This document shows, in pieces, positions 22,841-30,609 of a stretch of 64,000 nucleotides of DNA. Location: NCBI GenBank assembly GCA_964395625.1, contig CAYNAR010000003.1, forward strand, positions 5,857 through 69,856, read 5' to 3'. Position numbers and translations under genes: made by a program. The stretch comes from an uncultured Gammaproteobacteria bacterium (GTDB taxonomy: Bacteria > Patescibacteriota > Patescibacteriia > Patescibacteriales > WJLG01). Numbering within the stretch: position 1 is the stretch's first letter; every line of letters begins with the position of its first letter. The notes beneath the pieces are model-generated. The model searched no databases, was not told the origin of the DNA, and saw only the letters and a program-made list of their open reading frames with translations.

Positions 22841-24610
22841 ATGATACAAGGAGTAAAAAATAAAATAATATTGTTTGGGTTCGCGTTTTTGTTTTCTTTG
22901 TCGGTTTTTTTTCCGATAAACAATGCTTTTGCGGCTGATGTCTCTTTGTATTTTAGTCCGTCGGCAAACACCCAGACTGTTGGTGGTAGATTTGTCGTTT
23001 CCGTCAAGATAAATACTAACGGGCAGGCCGTCAATGCGACTCAGGGTGTTATTTCTTATGATAATGAGGCTTTGAGGGTTGTCAGCGTCTCTGGCAATAA
23101 CTCGGTTTTCGCTTTTTGGACCGAAGAACCGTCTTTCTCTAATCAAAATGGTTCTATAAAATTCGGAGGAGGAGTTCCAAGTCCCGGTTATAATGGAAAT
23201 GGAGGACAGGTTTTTGCCATAACTTTCCAAGCGTTGCGTCAGGGGGCGGCAGAGGTTAGTTTTGTCTCCGGTTCCGTGTTGGCTAATGATGGTAAGGGTA
23301 CTAATGTTTTGACTGGTATGGGTGGAGCTAATTTTTCCATAAATCCGGCCGTCGAAAAAAAAGGTGAGCAGATATCGAATGTAAGGGTTGCCGGGAAGAA
23401 TGATTCCGTGTCGATTGGTCCGGAGGTTTTTTCCGACACCGATCCTGACCAGGACGTATGGTATCGCGACAGACAGATAAAATTCTACTGGAAGATTCCA
23501 GAGGGGTCCGAAGGGGTGAGTGTGGCATTTAATAAAAGCGCGGACACCGATCCGGGTGATAATTCTGTGGGTATTATAGATAATAAAGAGTTTATAGCCG
23601 ATTCCGATGGAGTCTGGTATCTGCATCTCAAGATAAAGAATAAAGACGGCTGGAGTGGTATCACTCATCGTCCCGTAAAGATAGACACTACACCTCCTGA
23701 GTCTTTCGAGGTTTGGAGTAAACAAGAGGATCCGAACGATTGGCCGACGGTTTTTTTTAAGACCGTCGACAAATTATCCGGTGTCACTAAATACGCCTTG
23801 GTCGTCAATAGCTTGAAATCGGAGCCATACATAGTCTCTCCGGATAAGGATTCTTTAAAGGTGACTAATTTGGAAGTCGGCCACCATACAGTTATGGTAA
23901 GAGCGGTGGATGAGGCTGGCAATGAGAGTTTTTCGACTATAGAATTTGAGATAAAGCCGATATTGGAGCCCAAGATAGATGATTTTTCAAAGGAATTGGC
24001 TCCGGATGATCATTTCTTCGTCTCTGGAACCTCGATTCCTGATGCCGCTATAAAATTATCAGTCAAAGACACTGGCAGTGATAGGGTTTTGACCTATTAT
24101 TTGAACGCCGATAAGAGCGGTCGTTGGTCGTTCGTGATGCCCAATGGTTTGAATGAAGGGCGCTATATATTTTGGTCGGAGGCGACCAATCCTAATGGGT
24201 TGGCCAGTCGCTCGTCGAGTGTCTTTAGCTTTTTAGTTACCCCGCCGGTATTCGCTCGTTTTGGTACCGTCGTCGTCGATTATTTCACGGTTTTCGCTTC
24301 TTTGTTGTTCGTTTTGGCTTTGATAATCTTCTTGGCCGTTCTAACGACAAAGATGTTACGTAAGAAATTGAGAAAGGAGACTGTCGAAATAGAGCAGGTT
24401 TTAGAGAAGAATTTAGAAGTTTTGCGCGTCGCCTTGGCAGAAGAGGCCTTGTCATTAGCCAGGACCGCCAAAGATAAGAATAAGAGCGGTGCTCGTAGTG
24501 ATATAGTCAAAGAGGTAGCTTGCTTGAAACAAAGATTGGATGAGAGAATAGATAATACCGGCCGTCGAATAATGAAAGAGATTAAGGACGTAGAGAGAAT
24601 TTTAAAATAA
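22841..24610 (+). CDS. Cohesin-like domain protein with a signal peptide, Ig-like domains, a TM segment and a cytoplasmic coiled-coil tail.
   Basis: The ATG at 22841 is preferred over the GTG at 22811 ('MIQGVKNKIILFGFAFLFSLSVFFPINNAFA'). 'VSLYFSPSANTQTVGGRFVVSVKINTNGQAVNATQGVISYDNEALRVVSVSGNNSVFAFWTEEPSFSNQNGSIKFGGGVPSPGY...VSFVSGSVLANDGKGTNVL' is a cohesin-type pattern. TM 'FTVFASLLFVLALIIFLAVL' is followed by a K/E-rich tail. Confidence 0.8.
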   Translation: MIQGVKNKIILFGFAFLFSLSVFFPINNAFAADVSLYFSPSANTQTVGGRFVVSVKINTNGQAVNATQGVISYDNEALRVVSVSGNNSVFAFWTEEPSFSNQNGSIKFGGGVPSPGYNGNGGQVFAITFQALRQGAAEVSFVSGSVLANDGKGTNVLTGMGGANFSINPAVEKKGEQISNVRVAGKNDSVSIGPEVFSDTDPDQDVWYRDRQIKFYWKIPEGSEGVSVAFNKSADTDPGDNSVGIIDNKEFIADSDGVWYLHLKIKNKDGWSGITHRPVKIDTTPPESFEVWSKQEDPNDWPTVFFKTVDKLSGVTKYALVVNSLKSEPYIVSPDKDSLKVTNLEVGHHTVMVRAVDEAGNESFSTIEFEIKPILEPKIDDFSKELAPDDHFFVSGTSIPDAAIKLSVKDTGSDRVLTYYLNADKSGRWSFVMPNGLNEGRYIFWSEATNPNGLASRSSSVFSFLVTPPVFARFGTVVVDYFTVFASLLFVLALIIFLAVLTTKMLRKKLRKETVEIEQVLEKNLEVLRVALAEEALSLARTAKDKNKSGARSDIVKEVACLKQRLDERIDNTGRRIMKEIKDVERILK

Positions 24611-24639
24611 AAGCCGCCGCTTTAAAAGGCGGCTTTTCT
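24611..24639 (+). terminator. Rho-independent terminator.
   Basis: agccgcc-gctttaaaa-ggcggct followed by tttt. Confidence 0.75.
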
Positions 24640-24645
24640 GAAAAA

Positions 24646-25323
24646 ATGAAACATCGTTTTTTATTGTTTTTTTTGTTGGTCGCCATGGCTCTGTCCGGGT
24701 GTTCTGCGGAAAAAAATAAGGATGTGTCCGAGCAAGACGACATTCTTTTGGCTCAGGATTGCGGTCTTGATCGTTTTCCTTGTTGCGCATCCGATCCGGT
24801 TTGTAATTTTGGTCAACAATGTTGCGTCGATCCTAATAATAGCAATCGTAATCATTGTGCGGATTCTTGCTCTTGTGGTAAGGAGGATGATTTTTGTTGC
24901 GAGGGGGGTAAGTGCTCGGAAGGGCTTGATTGTCGAGATGGTGTTTGCATTCGTTGCGGAAACGAAGGCGAGGCTTGTTGTCCGAAGGAGATCTCCTGTT
25001 CGGTCGGATTATCTTGTTTGAACGATGAATGCGTGAAATGCGGACTTGTCGGTAATCCTTGTTGTCAAGGTTCTGTTCCGTGTTTAGTCGGCGATGGCGA
25101 GAATAACGAGTGCTTCGCCGGTCTTTGTCGTAGTTGCGGATTTAATGGGGCTCCGGCTTGTGAAGGTGATAAACCGTGTCTTCCGGGGCAGCTATTGACC
25201 GGCAACCGTTGCGAGCGTTGTGGGCAGGATAATCAACCCTGTTGCGCCACATCGAGCGACGCAATTTATGCTTGCGACAAGAAAGCCGGTTTGTCTTGCA
25301 AGCTTGGTTTTTGCGAGAAGTAA
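24646..25323 (+). CDS. Cys-rich repeat lipoprotein with six ~28-35-aa 'CG....CC....C..G..C....C' units.
   Basis: Lipobox 'LVAMALSG|C'. Repeats start at CGLDRFPCC, CGKEDDFCC, CGNEGEACC, CGLVGNPCC, CGFNGAPAC and CGQDNQPCC. About 40 Cys occur in 225 aa. Confidence 0.8.
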   Translation: MKHRFLLFFLLVAMALSGCSAEKNKDVSEQDDILLAQDCGLDRFPCCASDPVCNFGQQCCVDPNNSNRNHCADSCSCGKEDDFCCEGGKCSEGLDCRDGVCIRCGNEGEACCPKEISCSVGLSCLNDECVKCGLVGNPCCQGSVPCLVGDGENNECFAGLCRSCGFNGAPACEGDKPCLPGQLLTGNRCERCGQDNQPCCATSSDAIYACDKKAGLSCKLGFCEK

Positions 25324-25397
25324 TTATTTTGCCACCGAGGTCTCAAAATGTTAAAATAGAAACATAATCCTTTTGTGTTTTAAGGTTTTTTGTTTAT

Positions 25398-26972
25398 ATG
25401 GAGATAAATTTGGATTTAGCCTCTTTTTCCGATTCTTTGATGGTCGCTTTGTCGAATATCGCTAGCGCACCGGATGTTTTTTTAATGAACATGTTTCTGT
25501 ATTTGGGGTGGATACCGATAAGTTTTACCTTCCTTTGGGGTGCTCGTTTGCTTTGGATAGAGTATCGTCAGAATCTTTGGGCTGAAAAGAACGCTAAATT
25601 TACCTTTTTGGCGATCGATATCCCTCGTGGCAACGCTCAATCCCCGAGAGCGGTCGAGAATCTTTTCAGCTATCTGGGCGGTGCGCATGGTTCGACTAAT
25701 CTAATGGACACTTATTGGGAAGGAAAGTTCCAACTCGGTTTTAGCTTTGAGATAATCTCTAATGGTGGATATACTCAATTTTTGATCAGGACGCCCGTTG
25801 CCAATCGTGATTTAGTTGAATCAGCTATATACTCTCAATATCCCGACGCCGAAATAACCGAGGTCGAGGATTATGCCAAGCAATATGCCGATGTCACTTT
25901 TCCTAGTGATAAATACGATATAGCCGGTGCCGAGTTCGTTTTGGTGACCGACCAAGCCTTGCCTATAAAGACTTATCCTGAATTCGAACACCAATTCGGC
26001 GAGCCGGAGACGACCTTCCGCGACCCAATGGCCGCTTTAATGGATCTTTGTTCTTCGCTCAAGCCTGGAGAACAGTTATGGTATCAGATATTGGTCATAC
26101 CGACTGATATGGCTTGGCCTTCTTTCATCGAAGATAAAGTGTCCGATATCTTGAAGGAGAAGAAGAAAGCTAAGCCGACGATCTTTAATGATTTAGCCGA
26201 TCAGGCCATGTCTTTTATAAATGTTGGGGCTAATATGATAGTCGGCGGAGAGCCGGCCGCGCCAAAAAAAGAAGAAAAGAAAGATGATTCTTTGAAGATG
26301 ATGAATTTGAAGCCGAAACAGAAGAAACAAGTGGAGAGTATACATGAGAAGGCTTCTAAGATGCCTTTCAAGATAAAGATTCGAGGTGTGTATTTTGCGG
26401 AGAAGGAAGTGGCTAATAAGGCGAAGGGTTTTGCCGGTTTCGTCGGTTTTATGAAGCAATTCACCGCTACCGATCTTAATGGACTAAAGCCTGACATGGA
26501 TAAGACCGGTACATCGACGGCTTATTTGTTTAAAGACTCCCATCTTAATCAGAAGAAGAACAAGATATTGAAGAACTATATAGCCAGAAGTGGTTCTAGT
26601 GGCCGCCCGACTTTTTATCTTAATGTCGAAGAGCTGGCGACGATTTGGCACTTTCCTATCGAAGGTGTCGTTAAAGCTCCTTTGATACAAAAGACTTCCG
26701 GTCGTAAGGCTGAGCCGCCGATGACCTTGCCTCAGGCGGATCGTTTCGTCAGTGAGGAAAAGATAGAGCCTCTTTTCCTTGGTGATATAGACGAGGAGGA
26801 TGAGAATGACCCTCTATTCTTCGATGAGAAGCCGCAGGAGAAAAAGACCGAGCAGGTCGGTCTTCCTGCTGAATCTTTTCAAACCAGTATTAAAGACTCC
26901 AGCGAAGGAGATGATGATAACCCCTTTTCCGACGAAAAAGGTGCTCCGCCGTCAAATCTACCATTCGCTTAA
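25398..26972 (+). CDS. Membrane protein (N-terminal TM hairpin, large soluble domain, acidic C-terminal tail), genetically coupled to the downstream T4CP-like ATPase.
   Basis: TMs at 'VFLMNMFLYLGWIPISFTFLWGARLLWI'. Conserved-looking 'LAIDIPRGN.QSP.AVEN', 'IYSQYPDAEI' and 'LATIWHFP'. The tail is rich in D/E/K. There is a 9-nt gap to the next gene. Confidence 0.75.
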   Translation: MEINLDLASFSDSLMVALSNIASAPDVFLMNMFLYLGWIPISFTFLWGARLLWIEYRQNLWAEKNAKFTFLAIDIPRGNAQSPRAVENLFSYLGGAHGSTNLMDTYWEGKFQLGFSFEIISNGGYTQFLIRTPVANRDLVESAIYSQYPDAEITEVEDYAKQYADVTFPSDKYDIAGAEFVLVTDQALPIKTYPEFEHQFGEPETTFRDPMAALMDLCSSLKPGEQLWYQILVIPTDMAWPSFIEDKVSDILKEKKKAKPTIFNDLADQAMSFINVGANMIVGGEPAAPKKEEKKDDSLKMMNLKPKQKKQVESIHEKASKMPFKIKIRGVYFAEKEVANKAKGFAGFVGFMKQFTATDLNGLKPDMDKTGTSTAYLFKDSHLNQKKNKILKNYIARSGSSGRPTFYLNVEELATIWHFPIEGVVKAPLIQKTSGRKAEPPMTLPQADRFVSEEKIEPLFLGDIDEEDENDPLFFDEKPQEKKTEQVGLPAESFQTSIKDSSEGDDDNPFSDEKGAPPSNLPFA

Positions 26973-26981
26973 TCATACTCT

Positions 26982-28898
26982 ATGACAAATAGTGAGATAA
27001 CGGTTTTTGCGGAAACGACTTTTCGCAACAAGCGTTTAAAATTCGGCATCAAGACGGACGATAGACGACGCCATATGTATGTGATCGGTAAGACTGGTAT
27101 GGGTAAGTCTACTATTTTGGAAAATATGATTGTCGACGATATCCGTGCCGGTAGGGGAGTGGCCGTCGTCGACCCTCATGGCGACTTGGCCGAGAAAATA
27201 ATGCAATTCATTCCTTCGGAGAGGGTGAAGGATATTATTTATTTCAATCCGGCCGATACGGAATTTCCTATCGCCTTCAATATCGTGGAGCAGGTGGACG
27301 CTAAGGTTCGCCATCTTGTCGCGTCCGGTTTGATAGGCGTTTTTAAGAAACTTTGGGCGGATTCTTGGGGTCCTCGTTTGGAATATATTTTGCGTAACGC
27401 CATCTTGGCGGTTTTGGATTATCCTAACTCAACCTTGCTTTCGGTTATACGTATGCTTTCGGATAAGGTCTATCGTAAGAAGATCGTCGATGCGGTTCAA
27501 GATCCGATGGTCAAATCGTTTTGGCAGAAGGAATTCGCCGGATACGCCGATAAATTTGCCTCTGAGGCCGTCTCTCCTATTCAAAACAAGGTCGGTCAAT
27601 TCTTGTCCAGTTCTTTGATTCGTAATATCATCGGTCAATCCAAATCTTCCATTGATGTCCGCAAGGCCATGGACGAGGGAAAAGTCTTGATCATGAATTT
27701 TTCCAAAGGGCATATAGGAGAGGATAATTCCGCCTTACTTGGTGCGATGATGATTACCAAGATACAGTTGGCGGCTATGAGTAGAGTTGACATACCGGAG
27801 AAGGAGAGGCGTGATTTCTATCTTTATATCGACGAGTTTCAGAACTTCTCTACCGATTCTTTCGCCAATATATTATCGGAAGCTAGAAAATATCACCTCA
27901 GTCTTATTATCGCTCATCAATATATAGAGCAGCTCACCGACACTGTCAAAGCGGCCGTATTCGGCAACGTCGGAACTTTAGTCTCCTTCCGTGTCGGCGC
28001 GGTCGACGCGGAGGAGCTCGTCAAAGAATTCGCCCCCGTCTTCACGGAGGAGGATATTTTGAATCTTCCTAAGTTTGAATTCTATATCAAGTTAATGATT
28101 GACGGTGTTGCCTCCACTCCGTTTTCGGCGAGAGGTCTTTTGCCTCTACGTGAAGACGAGAAGACTCATAATTTGGATAAAGCCGTCGAGTGGACAAGGA
28201 GGAATTACGCTAAAGAGAGGATATTGGTGGAGGAGGAGATTATGCATTCTCATTTTAACGATGATCAACCCATGGCTCATGTCGCTCCAGGGCAAGTTAT
28301 AAATATTCCTTCTCAACCGGCCTCTTTACCGCCGGTGATTAAGGGTGGTTTTCCTCCGGCCATAAAGAACTTCCCATCTTCACCTAGTCAAGCGCCTAGA
28401 GAAATTCCGTCGCCGAAAGAAGAGATAAAATCCATCGCATCGCATGTGGAAAATGTTCCGGTTCAAGCTCCGGTGATCCCAGTGGCTAAGCCTGTAATAA
28501 GGATAGATAAGGACAATTCATCGAGTATCCTCAATGAGGCGATTTGCTCTAATTGTGGTAGTCAGACCAAAGTTCCTTTTAAACCGGATGGCACCAGACC
28601 GATCTATTGTAAAAATTGCTTATCGGAATTGAAGAAGAAAAAGAAGGACGAGATGGACGAACGTAAAAATACGCCACGTCCTAATTTCTCGGAGATATCG
28701 CCATCCGCTTTGGGCAAGGAATTGGACGCCGAGCCGGTGGAAGCCTCAGGATTGTCTTTGTCGACGCTAAAAGAGTCGGCCCTTGTAAATTTTTCTAAAA
28801 ACAGCCATAATCATAAAAATCCATCGCAAGACATGCTTAAAGACGGTCAAATAAAAGAGAAAGAGTTGACCGAAGGCGAGGATATAATATTCGATTAA
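26982..28898 (+). CDS. VirD4/TraG/TraD-like (type IV coupling protein / HerA-FtsK superfamily) P-loop ATPase. It lacks N-terminal TM helices and carries a Pro-rich linker and a C-terminal CxxC..CxxC zinc ribbon.
   Basis: Walker A 'VIGKTGMGKST', 'VVDPHGDL', 'FNP.D.EFP(I)AFN', Walker B 'FYLYIDEFQNF' and 'IIAHQYIEQL' (TraG-D_C-like). C-terminal 'CSNCGSQTKVPFKPDGTRPIYCKNC'. Confidence 0.8.
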   Translation: MTNSEITVFAETTFRNKRLKFGIKTDDRRRHMYVIGKTGMGKSTILENMIVDDIRAGRGVAVVDPHGDLAEKIMQFIPSERVKDIIYFNPADTEFPIAFNIVEQVDAKVRHLVASGLIGVFKKLWADSWGPRLEYILRNAILAVLDYPNSTLLSVIRMLSDKVYRKKIVDAVQDPMVKSFWQKEFAGYADKFASEAVSPIQNKVGQFLSSSLIRNIIGQSKSSIDVRKAMDEGKVLIMNFSKGHIGEDNSALLGAMMITKIQLAAMSRVDIPEKERRDFYLYIDEFQNFSTDSFANILSEARKYHLSLIIAHQYIEQLTDTVKAAVFGNVGTLVSFRVGAVDAEELVKEFAPVFTEEDILNLPKFEFYIKLMIDGVASTPFSARGLLPLREDEKTHNLDKAVEWTRRNYAKERILVEEEIMHSHFNDDQPMAHVAPGQVINIPSQPASLPPVIKGGFPPAIKNFPSSPSQAPREIPSPKEEIKSIASHVENVPVQAPVIPVAKPVIRIDKDNSSSILNEAICSNCGSQTKVPFKPDGTRPIYCKNCLSELKKKKKDEMDERKNTPRPNFSEISPSALGKELDAEPVEASGLSLSTLKESALVNFSKNSHNHKNPSQDMLKDGQIKEKELTEGEDIIFD

Positions 28899-28903
28899 AA
28901 AAT

Positions 28904-30511
28904 ATGGCTTCGGAAAATTTACCTATTAATAGCTTAAAAATAAGCAAAGCTTCTGATTTGACCGGCAAAGACCGAGTTCTTTATCGTTCTCTGGAAATAC
29001 TACCAGGATTTTTAGCGATAGGCTTGCTTCTGGTCTTAATCGTTCTTTCCTATTTTAATCCCTTGTTGGTGGCTTATTTTATAATAATATTCGATATATA
29101 TTGGTTGTTATTAGTGTTGTATCTCGGAATACATCTGTTCGCTTCTTATTTTAAGATGCGTAATGGAGAGAAGACTTCTTGGGCTAAAAAATGCGCCGAT
29201 TTGTCCGCCGGCAAAGTAGAAGGATTGCCTAATGATTGTTTGGCTAAAAAAGGATGGAAAGCCGACGATATTATACATGTGATAGTCGATCCTACGGCTG
29301 TAGAGCCTGTCGAAGTATTGCGTCCAAGTCTGCAATCAATCATAGATAGCGGTTTCCCGACCAAGCAGATGATTTTCGTCTTAGCCTTGGAAGAAAGAGA
29401 AGGGGAAAAAGGTATAAACAAAGGAAAAGAGATAGAGAAAGAGTTTAGCTCGTATTTTCTTAATTTTATCGTTCCGGTCCATCCGGATGGCGTAGCGGGA
29501 GAGTTGAAGGGCAAGGGGGCTAATCAGGCTTATGCCGCCGAAGTCTTGAAGAGGGAGGTAGTGGATAAGGAGAACTTGGATTACGACAAGATATTGGTGA
29601 CCGTCATCGATAGTGATACGGTTTTTTATCCAGGGTATTTTCATTGTCTGACCTATAAATTCTTGACAGTCAGTAAGCCCTACAGAGCCAGTTATCAACC
29701 GGTTCCGCTTTATCACAATAATATCTGGAATGTTCCTTTCTTCTCCCGTGTCGCCGCGATGAGCAATACTTTTTGGCAAATGATGCAACAAATCAGAGTC
29801 GAAAAGTTGGCCACATACTCTTCTCATTCCATGACTTGGCGCGCTTTGACGGACATAGGATTCTGGTCCAAGAATATGGTTAGCGAGGATTCGAGAATAT
29901 TCTGGCACTGTTATCTGCATTATAATTGCGATTATCGCGTCGAGCCTTTGCATTTCCCGGTTTCGATGGATTCTTTGCAGGTCTCCAGTCTTTGGAGGAC
30001 GGTCGTCGGTCTCTACAAACAACAGCGTCGTTGGGGTTGGGGAGTGGAGAATTTGCCGTACTTGGTTTTTAATGTGATAAAAAGATGGAAGCAAATAAAG
30101 AAGCGCGATGCTTTAGGGCGCATAGCGGTTCAAATCCATGGTTTTCATTCCTGGGCCACTAACGCTTTGATAATAGCTTGTATAGGGTGGTTGCCGATAA
30201 TACTAGGTGGTGAAAAATTCAATTCGACCGTAATCTCTGGCAATCTTCCGCAAATAACCAGAAATCTCATGACTATAGCGATGTCCGGTTTGCTTTTTTC
30301 GGCCATCGTTTCGACCCTTCTTTTACCTCACAGACCGGAAGGTGTCGGTTTAGCGAGGAAGATAGGAACTCGTTTTTTATCTGTTGTGGAATGGTTTTTC
30401 TTGCCGATGGGTATTATCGTGTTCGGTGCCATACCGGCGCTAGAGGCACAGACAAGATTGATGCTCGGTAAGTATATGGGCTTTTTGGTCACCCCCAAAG
30501 ACAGAAAATAG
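28904..30511 (+). CDS. Processive family-2 glycosyltransferase (cellulose/chitin/hyaluronan-synthase-like) with flanking TM segments.
   Basis: D,D,D,QxxRW architecture: 'VTVIDSDTVF', 'MVSEDSRIF' and 'YKQQRRWGWG'. There are 2 N-terminal and several C-terminal hydrophobic helices. Confidence 0.85.
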   Translation: MASENLPINSLKISKASDLTGKDRVLYRSLEILPGFLAIGLLLVLIVLSYFNPLLVAYFIIIFDIYWLLLVLYLGIHLFASYFKMRNGEKTSWAKKCADLSAGKVEGLPNDCLAKKGWKADDIIHVIVDPTAVEPVEVLRPSLQSIIDSGFPTKQMIFVLALEEREGEKGINKGKEIEKEFSSYFLNFIVPVHPDGVAGELKGKGANQAYAAEVLKREVVDKENLDYDKILVTVIDSDTVFYPGYFHCLTYKFLTVSKPYRASYQPVPLYHNNIWNVPFFSRVAAMSNTFWQMMQQIRVEKLATYSSHSMTWRALTDIGFWSKNMVSEDSRIFWHCYLHYNCDYRVEPLHFPVSMDSLQVSSLWRTVVGLYKQQRRWGWGVENLPYLVFNVIKRWKQIKKRDALGRIAVQIHGFHSWATNALIIACIGWLPIILGGEKFNSTVISGNLPQITRNLMTIAMSGLLFSAIVSTLLLPHRPEGVGLARKIGTRFLSVVEWFFLPMGIIVFGAIPALEAQTRLMLGKYMGFLVTPKDRK

Positions 30512-30521
30512 TACGTAGGCC

Positions 30522-30552
30522 ACATCCGAGCTTATAGCCCGGATGTTTTTTA
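30522..30552 (+). terminator. Rho-independent terminator.
   Basis: catccg-agcttatagcc-cggatg followed by tttttt. Confidence 0.75.
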
Positions 30553-30609
30553 TTTGGTATAATTCAAATAAGAATAAGCGATGCGAAATTGCGTTAATTT
30601 TTATTTTAT

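Noticed and set aside
22727-23725. 332-aa minus-strand ORF overlapping the cohesin-like genes.
   Set aside because: It is antisense to a well-supported + strand gene with recognisable domain, signal and TM features, and its own translation has no motifs. It is a long ORF by chance in an AT-moderate region.
25398-28898. Calling this region a conjugative element or complete type IV secretion system.
   Set aside because: Only a coupling-protein-like ATPase and one membrane partner are present. No VirB4, VirB6, relaxase, integrase or oriT-like repeats are in the window, and the flanks are envelope genes in the same operon-like array.
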